DNA from: a virus
DNA: 51,974 nt
Reading direction: 5' to 3' (one strand)
IMG/VR virus record: IMGVR_UViG_3300009117_000047
Span: 83,877 to 135,850 of that record
Part shown: positions 1-10,593 of the stretch, in pieces
Layout: each line of letters starts with the position of its first letter
Position numbering within the stretch: the stretch's first letter is position 1
Notes under the pieces: model-generated
What the model was told of the DNA's origin: nothing
Seen by the model: only the letters and a program-made list of their open reading frames with translations
The model's database searches: none
Position numbers and translations under genes: made by a program

Positions 1-608
1 TTTCATTTAACAAGCCAAATTTACCTAATAATTTCTTCACTTAACCACCAGACAATCCTTATAATTAAAGCAAAACTTCAATTAATCTCCTTCCTTATTT
101 TCCATTAATCTATCAAATATTACCAACCATCATCATTTTACCCTTCCTTAAACAATACCGTAGAATCAAGCATATTCCCGAAATATATCAATATTTTCAA
201 TTTTCACTATATTGAGCGCCATAAATAACTATACAAGTATCATCACATCATTACTATTACCATTGAATAAGCATAGAAAAATTCCCAGTATATCAACATT
301 TTAACTATCGCAAGAAGTATGAAATTTTCACATTTTAATTCCTATCACCGAAGTCATTCAAATTTCACAAACTCTAATTTAAAATTTATCTTTACATTAT
401 TACATTTACCATCACAAAAATTTTACTTAGCTTAAATCGCAATTTACAACTCTAATTTCAATTTGTATATCTTACCATACCAATTTATCACCAGAGCCAA
501 AACAAACGAAAATAGACCCAAAAACTATACATTTTCTCTAACAAATCACATAAGCAAACAAATATTCAATGCTCATCCATTATTAAAACATACCACTCTA
601 AATAAATC

Positions 609-690
609 TAAACTCTAATTAAAAATAACTATTGACACTACTAATCCTCCATGCTATACTCACAACATGAGTTTAAACTCTAATTAAAAA
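609..690 (+). promoter_or_regulatory. Sigma-A-type promoter flanked by two 17-bp direct repeats (candidate operators/iterons)
   Basis: TTGACA (632-637), 17-nt spacer, TG-N-TATACT (655-660). TAAACTCTAATTAAAAA at 609-625 and 674-690; partial copies near 369 and 448. Confidence 0.8.
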
Positions 691-728
691 CACATATGAA
701 AAATACATAATGAAGGGAGATAATACAT

Positions 729-836
729 ATGAGCAATAACAAGGTTTCATCTTTTACTATTTTAAAAATTATTTTTAGTTTGATTTTTCAATCCATAGTT
801 ATCAATATCAAAACAATATTTAATGTCAAACATTAA
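729..836 (+). CDS. Small 35-aa hydrophobic peptide (MSNNKVSSFTILKIIFSLIFQSIVINIKTIFNVKH)
   Basis: Below the ORF-track cutoff. RBS AAGGGAGA upstream of ATG 729, directly downstream of the 632-660 promoter. Confidence 0.55.
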   Translation: MSNNKVSSFTILKIIFSLIFQSIVINIKTIFNVKH

Positions 837-1295
837 GTAAGTTTGTTGTGTTTAAATTCAAAGCTACCATGCAAAGGGGTTTGGGGAAATGCAAAGGAAT
901 AATGGAGCGGATGCGACATTATTACCTTTTCCCCAATAAAAGTAATATCCATTATAGTAGGCGCAAACTTGCAAGCAAGTTCACACCTTTTGTCTTGTGT
1001 CACTGTCGTTCCACAATCCAAAGTACGGGGGGAAATGTTAATGGATTTACTTAAAATATATTTTAACACTTTTTATATATCTATTAATAAGGGACACGAC
1101 TCAAATACCTTGTAAATCAAGGGTTTAAAATCAATTTTAGCACTTTTGTATTTTGGCAATATTTTAGTATTTCTACATAAAAAGTATCAAAGAACCCCTA
1201 TTTTACTGTCTTTTAAGACAAACACTTTTTTAATTTTTAAAGTGCTATTTTTAGTCTAAATTTACTACAAAATGAACAAAGGAGGAATTTTATAA

Positions 1296-2531
1296 TTGGA
1301 ATTCAATTGCAACGTAAAAATCATAGATGAGATGATGGGCGCAGGTAAAAGCACTAGTATTATAAACTATATCAATTCACCATTTAATGAAGATGAAAAA
1401 TTTTTAGTTATTACGCCATATAAAGACGAAATCGCTAGATACAAAGATTCTTGTTCAAGTAAGAATTTTAAACAACCTACATATAACTCATCTGGTAATG
1501 GTTCAAAATTCGACAGCTTAAAAGACCTTATCAACAAAGAAGAAAATATCGTATCTACTCATGCCCTATTTCAAAAATTTGATGAGGAATTAATAGATAT
1601 GTGTAGAGCAAAGAATTATACCTTGGTTATGGACGAGGTAGCCAATGTAGTTGAAGAATACCATATTTCAGAATCAGACTTTGAAATATTAAAAAAGGAT
1701 TTTGTTTACATAGACAATCAGACTAATTTGATCCGCTGGCGAAAAGAAAAAAATAATTACTCTGGAGAATTTTCTGATATAAAAAGATTATGTGATTTGG
1801 GAAGTTTGGCTTATTACAATGGATCAATTATGATGTGGTTATTCCCCATAGAGGCATTCAATTCTTTTAGAAAAATTTATATTCTTACATATATGTTTAA
1901 TGCTCAGATGCAAAGATATTATTATGACTACTATAAGCTATCATATGAATTTATGTATGTAGATGGAGATTCGCTAGAGTCATATCATTTAACTAAAATT
2001 AAACCGGTAAATAGATACCAATATAATTATGAGAAATTAATTAACATTATTGAAAACGAAAAATTGAATCAAATTGGTGACAGGCAAACAGATTTATCTA
2101 AAGGTTGGTTTGAAAGAAATAAAGGTAATATTGCAATGAATCAGCTTAAAAATAATCTATATAATTTTTTTAGAAACATGAGAAACGGAGATTCTAAAGA
2201 CAATCTGTGGACTACATTTAAAAATTACAAAACTAAATTACAAGGAAAAGGATATACAAAGGGGTTTATACCAATAAACTCAAGAGCGACTAATGAATAT
2301 AGGGACAGGACTTCTGTAGCTTATATCGCAAACAGGTATATTAATCCCATTATTAAGAATTTTTTTCAACATCACAACATTGAAATAGACGAAGATAATT
2401 ATGCATTGTCTGAAATGCTGCAATTTATATGGAGATCAGCAATTAGAGATGGAAAAGAAATTTGCGTATATATCCCAAGCATAAGAATGAGAGAATTATT
2501 AAAAGTATGGATTCAGAAAAATAAACATTGA
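1296..2531 (+). CDS. SF2/DEAD-like helicase-ATPase, phage replication associated
   Basis: Walker A GAGKST, STH motif, Walker B LVMDEV, C-terminal QFIWRSAIR motif; RBS AAGGAGG with TTG start. Confidence 0.75.
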   Translation: MEFNCNVKIIDEMMGAGKSTSIINYINSPFNEDEKFLVITPYKDEIARYKDSCSSKNFKQPTYNSSGNGSKFDSLKDLINKEENIVSTHALFQKFDEELIDMCRAKNYTLVMDEVANVVEEYHISESDFEILKKDFVYIDNQTNLIRWRKEKNNYSGEFSDIKRLCDLGSLAYYNGSIMMWLFPIEAFNSFRKIYILTYMFNAQMQRYYYDYYKLSYEFMYVDGDSLESYHLTKIKPVNRYQYNYEKLINIIENEKLNQIGDRQTDLSKGWFERNKGNIAMNQLKNNLYNFFRNMRNGDSKDNLWTTFKNYKTKLQGKGYTKGFIPINSRATNEYRDRTSVAYIANRYINPIIKNFFQHHNIEIDEDNYALSEMLQFIWRSAIRDGKEICVYIPSIRMRELLKVWIQKNKH

Positions 2532-2552
2532 AAACCAAAGGAGAACATTAAC

Positions 2553-2768
2553 ATGAAAGAAATCAAAACATTTACAGGATCAAACGATAAATACCAAATT
2601 CCAAGTCGTAGCGAGTTCCATCGTTATTATTGTGGATTAATTACAGAATTGGATTTTTGTACAGAAGTACCTAGTACGCATATGGTAGATAAAATAGCAA
2701 ACGCTGTTGAATGGTCTGAAAAACATACTAGAAACTCATTTGTATTACATAGTCAAGATATCAGATAA
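2553..2768 (+). CDS. Hypothetical protein, 71 aa
   Basis: ORF with RBS AAGGAG. Confidence 0.65.
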   Translation: MKEIKTFTGSNDKYQIPSRSEFHRYYCGLITELDFCTEVPSTHMVDKIANAVEWSEKHTRNSFVLHSQDIR

Positions 2769-2960
2769 AACATGGTTAAAATTTTCAAAGGAGAAAATCA
2801 AAGAAAAAGTACACTATTTTTGATTTTGATATTCAGGCGATGAATTAGTCACCTAATACTATATCGTTGAAAATAGGTGTCAAAAACGAAGATTTTCTCT
2901 AGTGGAATGGGTAAGAGAAATTGTAAGTAGGATTAAGTTGTAAAATGTCAAAATGAAAGG

Positions 2961-4445
2961 ATGATTAAAATTAAAGATATTGAATTTGTTTGTAGAGAAT
3001 TGCCACAGTTAATCGTAGCATTGGACGTTGATGGAAATTACATGCATATTAGAGATGTAAAAGAAGACACTGGTTACTATTGCCCTTGTTGCGGGGGTAT
3101 TGTAAGACCAAGAGCATTTAAGGACGATAGAGATTATATGGTGCAGCCACATTTTTATCATATAAATGGAGGATGTTCTGACGAGAGTCGTGCCCATTGG
3201 TTATATAAAAATTGGTTATTTAAAACGGGAAGTCAATTTTATATTGATAAAAAGCTATATATTGTCGACAATGTTGACATTGAAAAATCATACAACACTT
3301 CTTTTGGATTATATAGACCAGATATTACCGTGTCTTTAGACAACGGCAAAATTATGTTTTTTGAAATTAATTTTACAAGTTCAAAAACTGAAACTGATTA
3401 TTTTTGTAAATGGAATGAGTTAAGCAATGATGTTATAGAAGTTGATATTAAGAAATTAATGAATGAAGATTTTAACTGCAAAATACCTTCATTTTCACTT
3501 ATTTATTCTGATGGTAAATGTTTTAAAAGAAAATATCAAGAAAAGGATGATTACGCAAATACTATTGCCCAAAGAAAAATTGAATGGAAACGACAAGATA
3601 AAATAAATTATAAAATTATGTGGGAAAGGCTTGATTGGTTTTGGATCAAATTGCAAGAATTTAAAAAGAATAACGAAACCATTGAAGAGTTATTAGAGTC
3701 GTTTGAAGCTATACCAATTTCAGATAAAGAAATGTGTTTTGATTTATTTAAAAGACAATCATGCGTAAGAAAATTTAATCAAAATTTTAGAGACATAATT
3801 AACAATGAGATTAAAAAATATTTTACAAGAGAAAATTTACAAGAAATTTTAGCAAATCCTGTGAATATTAAAAAAGTGTCTGTCATAGAAAAACAAGGCT
3901 ATATTATTGACTATTCCATAGATAGTGTATTGTTTAACAAAAAAGAGTATCACGATAATCTGACCTCAAGCTTCTATACCAGAGAATGGGTGTTAAGATA
4001 TTCAGATGTACAAAAATTGATTATAGAAATAAAAGAAAAGGTAAAAGAATGCGAATGGAACGATAACTTACAAATTAGACTACATACAGATATACATCAA
4101 ATTATTAAAGATATTAAAAATCAGTATTTTAAAAAAGAATATTGTATTTGGCAATTTAAATTTTCCAAATCTAAAAAAATAGAAAAATTACATGATTGCG
4201 ATAATAATATTGAGTTGCGTGTTGGAATTAAAGATTGTAGTGACTGGTGGAATGAGTGCTGGCTTACTGGAAATTTTTATATTTCTATTAATGATATTGA
4301 TAAAAAGACAGATGATGAGGTACGTCAAATTATTATAAAAAAACTAACAAGAAAAATGAAAACCATATATAAACGTATTTTAGTAGATGGTGTAGGTCGT
4401 GATTCCAGATACATGTTTTGCAAAAACAAGGAGGTGGCTGAATGA
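2961..4445 (+). CDS. CoiA-like Zn-ribbon PD-(D/E)XK nuclease-fold protein
   Basis: YYCPCCG...PHFYH...C.DES.AH, followed by RPDI...FEI; overlaps the next gene by ATGA. Confidence 0.65.
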   Translation: MIKIKDIEFVCRELPQLIVALDVDGNYMHIRDVKEDTGYYCPCCGGIVRPRAFKDDRDYMVQPHFYHINGGCSDESRAHWLYKNWLFKTGSQFYIDKKLYIVDNVDIEKSYNTSFGLYRPDITVSLDNGKIMFFEINFTSSKTETDYFCKWNELSNDVIEVDIKKLMNEDFNCKIPSFSLIYSDGKCFKRKYQEKDDYANTIAQRKIEWKRQDKINYKIMWERLDWFWIKLQEFKKNNETIEELLESFEAIPISDKEMCFDLFKRQSCVRKFNQNFRDIINNEIKKYFTRENLQEILANPVNIKKVSVIEKQGYIIDYSIDSVLFNKKEYHDNLTSSFYTREWVLRYSDVQKLIIEIKEKVKECEWNDNLQIRLHTDIHQIIKDIKNQYFKKEYCIWQFKFSKSKKIEKLHDCDNNIELRVGIKDCSDWWNECWLTGNFYISINDIDKKTDDEVRQIIIKKLTRKMKTIYKRILVDGVGRDSRYMFCKNKEVAE

Positions 4446-7360
4446 TTAACCGCCCTCTTTATGTAAGAAAATTTCATTCTGGAAGACTGAAAGAATTTAA
4501 TTATTGTATTAACAATACTTTTGATGAATCAAAAGATTTGTCTGAAATAATTGGACTTTCGGATAGCCAAATGCTCAGAACTATTAGAGATATAAGAAAA
4601 AAAATTATTGACAGAAACAAACTAGAACTGCTAGTGAAAATGAGAGATTTCTATAAATTTAAACAAACAAGACAACAAAAAACAAGAAATGAAAATGTAT
4701 TAAAAATTGTTGGTAAATTAAAAAATGTAAATTCAAACATCGAATATGTTGAAAGAGTTAAGGATAAATATTTGAATAACTCTATATATCAATACGAATA
4801 TAAACGGATTCAAGATAAAATTAATAGAACAATGTTTATGGAAGATTATGTAGTTGTCGTTATGGATAATGCAAAACAATACAAGTATTTATACCATAAT
4901 GGGTTTTATATAAATGGTAAACTTTATAGAAGGTTAAGTTGTTCTGCTGGTCAAGCTCGTGTTTCTACTGTTATTTTTTGTAATGTTGAAATTATTGACG
5001 AAGTAAAATTTCGGCTAGATAATGGAAGAGATTTGACCAAAAAATTTTCTCCAAGCAAATTTAACGCCTACTTTGGACTATACGGGTCTGCAACTAATAT
5101 TGTTACTGAGCCAAGGTTTATAGTGGTTAAAGATTTTGAGAATAAATCTTCATTTATGGCTAATTATGTAATCGAAAATGGTAACAGAGTAGATGATACG
5201 ATTATTCAAAAAGAGATTAGAGATATGCCCATGAACAGAACCGATGGCATGGGACTGATTTCTTATGAAATGGCTCAAATATGGTCAAATGATTTACGGT
5301 TAGATTATGTTCCTTCTCAATTTTGCATTAGACAGAGTTTTATTAAGGGAATGTTATGTGTATTCCCAATTCATCAATTTTGTGAAGAAATAAATGGTGG
5401 GAACTATATAGTTGATACGATTTATAAAGATAAAAACGGAGAATATATAAAAGCAGATTTGAGAAATTATGATGTGATTATTACGGAATCACAATTTAAA
5501 TTATGGGACAGTTACAAATCAGCTGATGAATATATTTCAAATTGTCATCAAAACAAACTTAAATGGGGAGTCTCATTATACACCCCAAAGGAAGCAAAAA
5601 AAATGATGAAACTTAATTATCAGTTTATTCAAACGTTGGACTTATCAAAAAAAGATGTTGAGAAATTGTGTGAACAGTTTGTTGAGTGGATTACAGGAGT
5701 TTCGTATGATAATGTTTATTATATGATTTTGTTCTTACTGGGAGTAAATAATAATGTAAATAAAATTAATAATTTTTTATCAAGTAGCGACAACTATTGG
5801 ATTAAAGCATTAATTGCCAATCACGATGTTAAAAATGATAAATATATTCGCACCAAGGTTAGAAATTTAATTAGAAAAAAGATTGAAAATGCGTGTATGG
5901 GAGATATTTATGTTGATGGTAATTTTCAGGTAATTGTTTCTGATCCGTATGGTTTCATGCAACACGTTTGTGGTCAAGAAGTAACAGGTCTACTTAATGA
6001 TGGAGAATTTTATTCAAATTATTGGAACGAATTAAACGTTAAACAAGTAGACGCAATGCGTTCTCCTTTAACCTATTTATCTGAACACGTTATTTTGAAT
6101 CTTAGAAACGATGAAGAAGTAAATAAATGGTACAGGTATTGTAATCTTGGTATCATTTTAAATTATTATGGTCATGAGTCAGTAAATTTTGCGGGCAGCG
6201 ACTACGATTTCGATATTTTAGCTACAGTTTCAAATAAAACAATGATTAATGGGGTATATCAAAAAGAGCTACCAGTTGTTTATGATGCTCCCAAGCCACA
6301 AAAAATTATATTTACAGAAGATGATTTATATAAATCAGACACTTTCTCATTTGGTTCAATAATCGGTTCTATTACAAATAAATCAAGTAATGGTTATGCG
6401 TTGTTGCCAAAGATTAAAGAATTGTACGGAGAGAATAGTCAAGAGTATAAGTTGGTTAAATCAAGATTGCAACAATGTTGTAAAGCACAATCGGCTCAAA
6501 TAGACAAGGCGAAAATCGGTAAAAATGTCAAAGGCATACCTAGTGTTTGGGTAAATTATATTAAATTACCAAAGAATAAAAAAGCTTTAAAAAGATGTCG
6601 ACGGTTGAACAGAAAAAAACTTTACAACAATACTCTGCTAGACAAATATCCATATTTTTTTAGGTATGTGTACAGCGATACCAATAAGAAATATAAGCAA
6701 TATTTAGAAGAATACAATGTTACATGCAAACAAAGATACAAGATGTCGCTTATTGAACTTGAGTCTTTACAGAGGAAAACAAAAGATCAGTCTGAATTTA
6801 TCCATAAGTTTTATGAGCACTCCCCTATTATTCATAGTGATAGCTCAATGAATTTATTGTGTAAATACATAGAGGCTATTAATTTTGATATATCGAGTAA
6901 AACTAAGATTAACACATCTGAATCCGTATGTGAGTTATATAAAGATGATACTGTAAAATATTTAGAGTTATATGAAAAAATCACTGAGTCGTTAAAAGAA
7001 TATCTGAAAAATAAATCATTCAACATGCAAGCGAATAATGATGAAGATGATGAGAAAGAATATGATAATGAAAAATTTATAGAATTTAGTTATGATTCAG
7101 ATGACATGTACGATTATCTAAATAAAATTTGCCCAAATCCTAAAATTGTATTGAATTGTTTAATTGATTATTTCTATAAAGAGAATTATGCAAGCAATAA
7201 AGATTTATTATGGGCATCTTATGGAAAGTTAATTTACAAAAATATAACAAAAAATACTGGCATAAAAACTGCCCTATTCCCATTCCCATCAAAACAAGAT
7301 GAAAGCATAGACGTTCAATATTTAGGATACGGATATACATTAAAGGAGGTAAAATTATAA
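4442..7360 (+). CDS. yonO: YonO-like single-subunit DNA-dependent RNA polymerase (two-barrel, eukaryotic RdRP-related)
   Basis: 972 aa; motifs TDGMGLIS, QFCIR..FIKG, MRSP, catalytic AGSDYDFD, Q..QIDKAK; sits upstream of the late genes as in SPbeta. Confidence 0.85.
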   Translation: MINRPLYVRKFHSGRLKEFNYCINNTFDESKDLSEIIGLSDSQMLRTIRDIRKKIIDRNKLELLVKMRDFYKFKQTRQQKTRNENVLKIVGKLKNVNSNIEYVERVKDKYLNNSIYQYEYKRIQDKINRTMFMEDYVVVVMDNAKQYKYLYHNGFYINGKLYRRLSCSAGQARVSTVIFCNVEIIDEVKFRLDNGRDLTKKFSPSKFNAYFGLYGSATNIVTEPRFIVVKDFENKSSFMANYVIENGNRVDDTIIQKEIRDMPMNRTDGMGLISYEMAQIWSNDLRLDYVPSQFCIRQSFIKGMLCVFPIHQFCEEINGGNYIVDTIYKDKNGEYIKADLRNYDVIITESQFKLWDSYKSADEYISNCHQNKLKWGVSLYTPKEAKKMMKLNYQFIQTLDLSKKDVEKLCEQFVEWITGVSYDNVYYMILFLLGVNNNVNKINNFLSSSDNYWIKALIANHDVKNDKYIRTKVRNLIRKKIENACMGDIYVDGNFQVIVSDPYGFMQHVCGQEVTGLLNDGEFYSNYWNELNVKQVDAMRSPLTYLSEHVILNLRNDEEVNKWYRYCNLGIILNYYGHESVNFAGSDYDFDILATVSNKTMINGVYQKELPVVYDAPKPQKIIFTEDDLYKSDTFSFGSIIGSITNKSSNGYALLPKIKELYGENSQEYKLVKSRLQQCCKAQSAQIDKAKIGKNVKGIPSVWVNYIKLPKNKKALKRCRRLNRKKLYNNTLLDKYPYFFRYVYSDTNKKYKQYLEEYNVTCKQRYKMSLIELESLQRKTKDQSEFIHKFYEHSPIIHSDSSMNLLCKYIEAINFDISSKTKINTSESVCELYKDDTVKYLELYEKITESLKEYLKNKSFNMQANNDEDDEKEYDNEKFIEFSYDSDDMYDYLNKICPNPKIVLNCLIDYFYKENYASNKDLLWASYGKLIYKNITKNTGIKTALFPFPSKQDESIDVQYLGYGYTLKEVKL

Positions 7361-8305
7361 TTGAATTACAAATATAATGAATTAGATTATGCGAAAAAAA
7401 TATTTAATGAAGGATTTCAGACCAAACATATACCGACTGAATTAAGGCTTGTCGCTACATATATGAGAAGATATTTAGACATGAAACCCAAAATATTAAG
7501 AGAAAAAATGTATGAATTTTGTAGTGCAAATATCCCTGATTACAATAGAGCAAAACATTATAAAATTATCAACAAAGCTATAAATCAGGCAACAAAAAAA
7601 GGTAGTACATTAATTAAAGTTGATAAAATATTGGTTTATGATTTTGAAATTGACTATATTAACAAGTTAGATGTTTTATATGACATTAAAGACTATGTGT
7701 ATGATTGTAAAAAGGTATTATTTACTTTATTATGCCAAATGAAATTAAACAAAGAAATATCTCGTATAAAAAACGGGATAGAATCTAAAGGTATTTACTT
7801 TAAAGGAGGTAATCAAAAATATAATCTGCTAAAGAAAATGTCAAAAATCCCAGACAAGGTTAAAATTAACGACGATATTATTTATGAATTGGGACAATGC
7901 GGAGTTGTAGATATTTTATTTAATGGACTGATTAAATTGAATTTTATGGAAGATATAAACAAATTATGCGGTAGCAAAAACAGTGGCTATGTGGTGATTG
8001 AAATAGTCAATTTTGATAATATTGGATGGTACTTTGATTATTATAATAACGTTCCAAAGATGCATTTGTGTAAACATTGCGAGCAACCATTCAAACAAAC
8101 GAAAAAAGATATTATGTATTGTAGTGAACATAAGGGATATCAACCTATCGGTACTAAAATTATTCAATGTGTTGATTGTGGTTGTGATGTTGAAGTAGAT
8201 GCTTGGGATATGAAAACCTGTAGATGCGAAAAACATCAACAAGAAGAAGATAAAAGAATTAAACGAGAATATTATCATAAAACAAAGAAACTAAAGAAAT
8301 CCTAG
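7361..8305 (+). CDS. Hypothetical protein with C-terminal Cys/His Zn-binding motifs, abutting the RNAP gene
   Basis: CKHC...YCSEH and CVDCG...CEKH motifs; RBS AAGGAGG inside the RNAP 3' end. Confidence 0.7.
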   Translation: MNYKYNELDYAKKIFNEGFQTKHIPTELRLVATYMRRYLDMKPKILREKMYEFCSANIPDYNRAKHYKIINKAINQATKKGSTLIKVDKILVYDFEIDYINKLDVLYDIKDYVYDCKKVLFTLLCQMKLNKEISRIKNGIESKGIYFKGGNQKYNLLKKMSKIPDKVKINDDIIYELGQCGVVDILFNGLIKLNFMEDINKLCGSKNSGYVVIEIVNFDNIGWYFDYYNNVPKMHLCKHCEQPFKQTKKDIMYCSEHKGYQPIGTKIIQCVDCGCDVEVDAWDMKTCRCEKHQQEEDKRIKREYYHKTKKLKKS

Positions 8306-8449
8306 AACTAAGCTTTTAAAAGTTAAAATCGCTACAACCATTGATTTTACTAGGTTTGTACAACTTTTATTTTTTTCTTAACTTATGAAGAGAGATGAAA
8401 ATATTTTTATAGCAAAAGGAGCCGGAGAAATCTGACTTCTTTTTATTTT

Positions 8450-8521
8450 ATCGGTTTAGTGTAATTGGAAGCACGACGATCTCCAAAATCGTTAGTCTGG
8501 GTTCAAGTCCCAGAATCGGTG
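8450..8521 (+). tRNA. trnW: tRNA-Trp (CCA)
   Basis: Acceptor ATCGGTT/AATCGGT, D arm GTGT/GCAC, anticodon arm ACGAT-CTCCAAA-ATCGT, T arm CTGGG-TTCAAGT-CCCAG, discriminator G; no encoded CCA. Confidence 0.92.
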
Positions 8522-8570
8522 TTACTCCCCTATTCGGGAGAAATTTAATCAAAGAAAGAAGTGTATTAGC

Positions 8571-8750
8571 ATTAAACCAATCACACAGAAAGAAGCAATG
8601 TATTTAAGAGAAAATGGATATGAAGAATATGTTCAGAAGGCTGTATGTTGCAAAAGTTACTATGTAGTAGAAGAAGATAAAGCTGTAATTGCTTTAGAAA
8701 ATTACAGAAAATCAGTTACTATTTATAGTTGTTTTAAGAAAGCAAAGTAA
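8571..8750 (+). CDS. Small hypothetical protein, 59 aa, probable ATT start
   Basis: Open frame IKPITQKEAMYLRENG...KKAK* after purine-rich AAGAAAGAAGTG; not in the ORF track. Confidence 0.55.
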   Translation: MKPITQKEAMYLRENGYEEYVQKAVCCKSYYVVEEDKAVIALENYRKSVTIYSCFKKAK

Positions 8751-8770
8751 CACAAAAATACATACGAGAG

Positions 8771-10216
8771 ATGGTGGCTATAATCGCCAAGAAAAAGGAT
8801 AAAATTGAAATAAGTTTCGCTGATGAACCTGCATCTGAAGGTGTTACTGGTTCAATGGTGTATATTTCAACCCCCAACCATAAGATACTGGTCGAGGCGG
8901 GAATGCATCAGAGTAATAATTGTAAGGCAGATTATGAGATTAACACTAGAAATTTCAAAGAATTTAAATCTAAAGATATTGATACAATTTTTCTTTGTCA
9001 TACACATGGCGACCACACATTTTTATTGCCATTATTATATAAGAGAAATTGTAAAGCCAAGACTATTTTGCCAAACAAAAGCAAACCAATTTTAAATGCT
9101 ATGCTTAAAGATTGTGCGTTCATTAATGGTAGGGATGCAGATAGTTTAACACGGAAATATAAAAAAGAATATTTACCTCTATTTGAAGAAACAGATGTAG
9201 ATTACTGTATGGATTATGTATTTGAAGAATCTATTGGTGAAATAATCAAGATTGATGATGAAATTTCATTTAGATTCGTTCCATCTGGGCATATTCCTTT
9301 TGCTTGCCAATTAGAATTATTCATTACTGTGAATAATCATACAACTAAAATTCTATATACAAGTGACATTGGGAACATCGAATTACGTCAGCCATTTACA
9401 GAGAAATTTGAGCCTGTGAGTAAAAGTTCAATCGTAATAGCAGAAAATACCTACGGTGGGCGTACAGGTCTGCAAACTGGCAAAAAAGAGCGTCAGAATG
9501 ACTTAGACAAGATTAAGTCTATCGTAGAAAATCAAGTCATTGAACGTCACGGAAGAGTTTTAATTCCTGTTTTTGCACAAACAAGATGCCAAGTAATTGC
9601 TTGGTATTTATATGAACTATTTAAAGACGATGAAAATTTTAATTATAAAGTATATGTAGATAGTCCTCTTTGTTGTAAGGTATTTGAATTATATAGCCAG
9701 TTATTAGAGGGAGAAGAAAAAGAAAAAATTGATGCTTTAATGACATGGGATAAATTAGTGTTGGTTAAAGATGCAGAAGAAAGTAAGGCTTTAGTGCAAT
9801 CTAAAGAGCCTTGTATTTTGTTAAGTAGCAGTGGCATGGCGCACAGCGGAAGAATCGTGCATCATATCAAGTCGTTAATTAGCAATCATAATGCAACTAT
9901 TTTATTTGTTGGTTATGCTTCACCTTATACTTTAGCTGGCAAATTAAAGGACAGCAAACAGAAAACTATCACTATTGATACAAAAGTTTATCCAATCAGA
10001 TGTAGTTCATACTCATTGAAATCTATGAGTTCTCATATTAACCACGATTCTATGTTGGAATATTACTCTAGTATTCGTGCTGATAAAATTTACTTACATC
10101 ATGCGGATATGAACGACAAATTGAGTTTTAAGGAAGAACTAAATGAAGTATTAAGGCAAAAACTACAGACTACTAAGGTTATTGCTGTAAACAGTAGCAC
10201 AAAAATTTCAATTTAG
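8771..10216 (+). CDS. Metallo-beta-lactamase / beta-CASP family ribonuclease
   Basis: HTHGDH metal motif, GH, YTSD, ENTYG, SSGMAHSGR, SSH motifs. True start may be ATA/ATC at 8780/8783 behind GGTGG. Confidence 0.85.
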   Translation: MVAIIAKKKDKIEISFADEPASEGVTGSMVYISTPNHKILVEAGMHQSNNCKADYEINTRNFKEFKSKDIDTIFLCHTHGDHTFLLPLLYKRNCKAKTILPNKSKPILNAMLKDCAFINGRDADSLTRKYKKEYLPLFEETDVDYCMDYVFEESIGEIIKIDDEISFRFVPSGHIPFACQLELFITVNNHTTKILYTSDIGNIELRQPFTEKFEPVSKSSIVIAENTYGGRTGLQTGKKERQNDLDKIKSIVENQVIERHGRVLIPVFAQTRCQVIAWYLYELFKDDENFNYKVYVDSPLCCKVFELYSQLLEGEEKEKIDALMTWDKLVLVKDAEESKALVQSKEPCILLSSSGMAHSGRIVHHIKSLISNHNATILFVGYASPYTLAGKLKDSKQKTITIDTKVYPIRCSSYSLKSMSSHINHDSMLEYYSSIRADKIYLHHADMNDKLSFKEELNEVLRQKLQTTKVIAVNSSTKISI

Positions 10217-10227
10217 GTGGTGTTTGT

Positions 10228-10467
10228 ATTAAAAGAAATTATTTACTAACAGGTTTATTATTTGGTTTAGCATTGCCGTTATTTGAAGGACTGGTAGATT
10301 TAGGACTAAACTGGATTGAAGTTGCAAAAGTTAAACCATTAAAGAAAATTACTATTGGAAATCAAGAAATTGCCGATTTACAAGAAGAAAATACATATCA
10401 AGAAAAACAACCTCTTATTGGATTCCGTTATGAACCAGAGGAAGAATATTATGAAGATGAAGAATAA
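10228..10467 (+). CDS. Small protein with hydrophobic N-terminus and acidic tail, probable ATT start
   Basis: RBS AGGTGG 7 nt before ATT 10228, in frame with track ORF 10273..10467. Confidence 0.6.
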   Translation: MKRNYLLTGLLFGLALPLFEGLVDLGLNWIEVAKVKPLKKITIGNQEIADLQEENTYQEKQPLIGFRYEPEEEYYEDEE

Positions 10468-10593
10468 TTTTTTATATATTTTTTATTTTCTGAATTTTGC
10501 ATATACTTTCTCATTAAATATTATAACAGATTAAAAGTAAAGTACAATGTAAGAAATAACTAAAAATTTAACCTATTTGGAGGATTATATTAT

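Noticed and set aside
369-690. Possible CRISPR array
   Set aside because: Repeats are 10-17 bp, irregularly spaced, with no cas genes.
833-1069. Track ORFs 833..1069 (-) and 848..1054 (+)
   Set aside because: No RBS, atypical composition, mutually overlapping on a structured region; probably non-coding.
8450-8521. tRNA as a sign of stop-codon recoding or as an attachment site
   Set aside because: The anticodon is the standard CCA, genes read normally in code 11 with TGA used as stop, and no duplicated tRNA 3' end was seen in the window.
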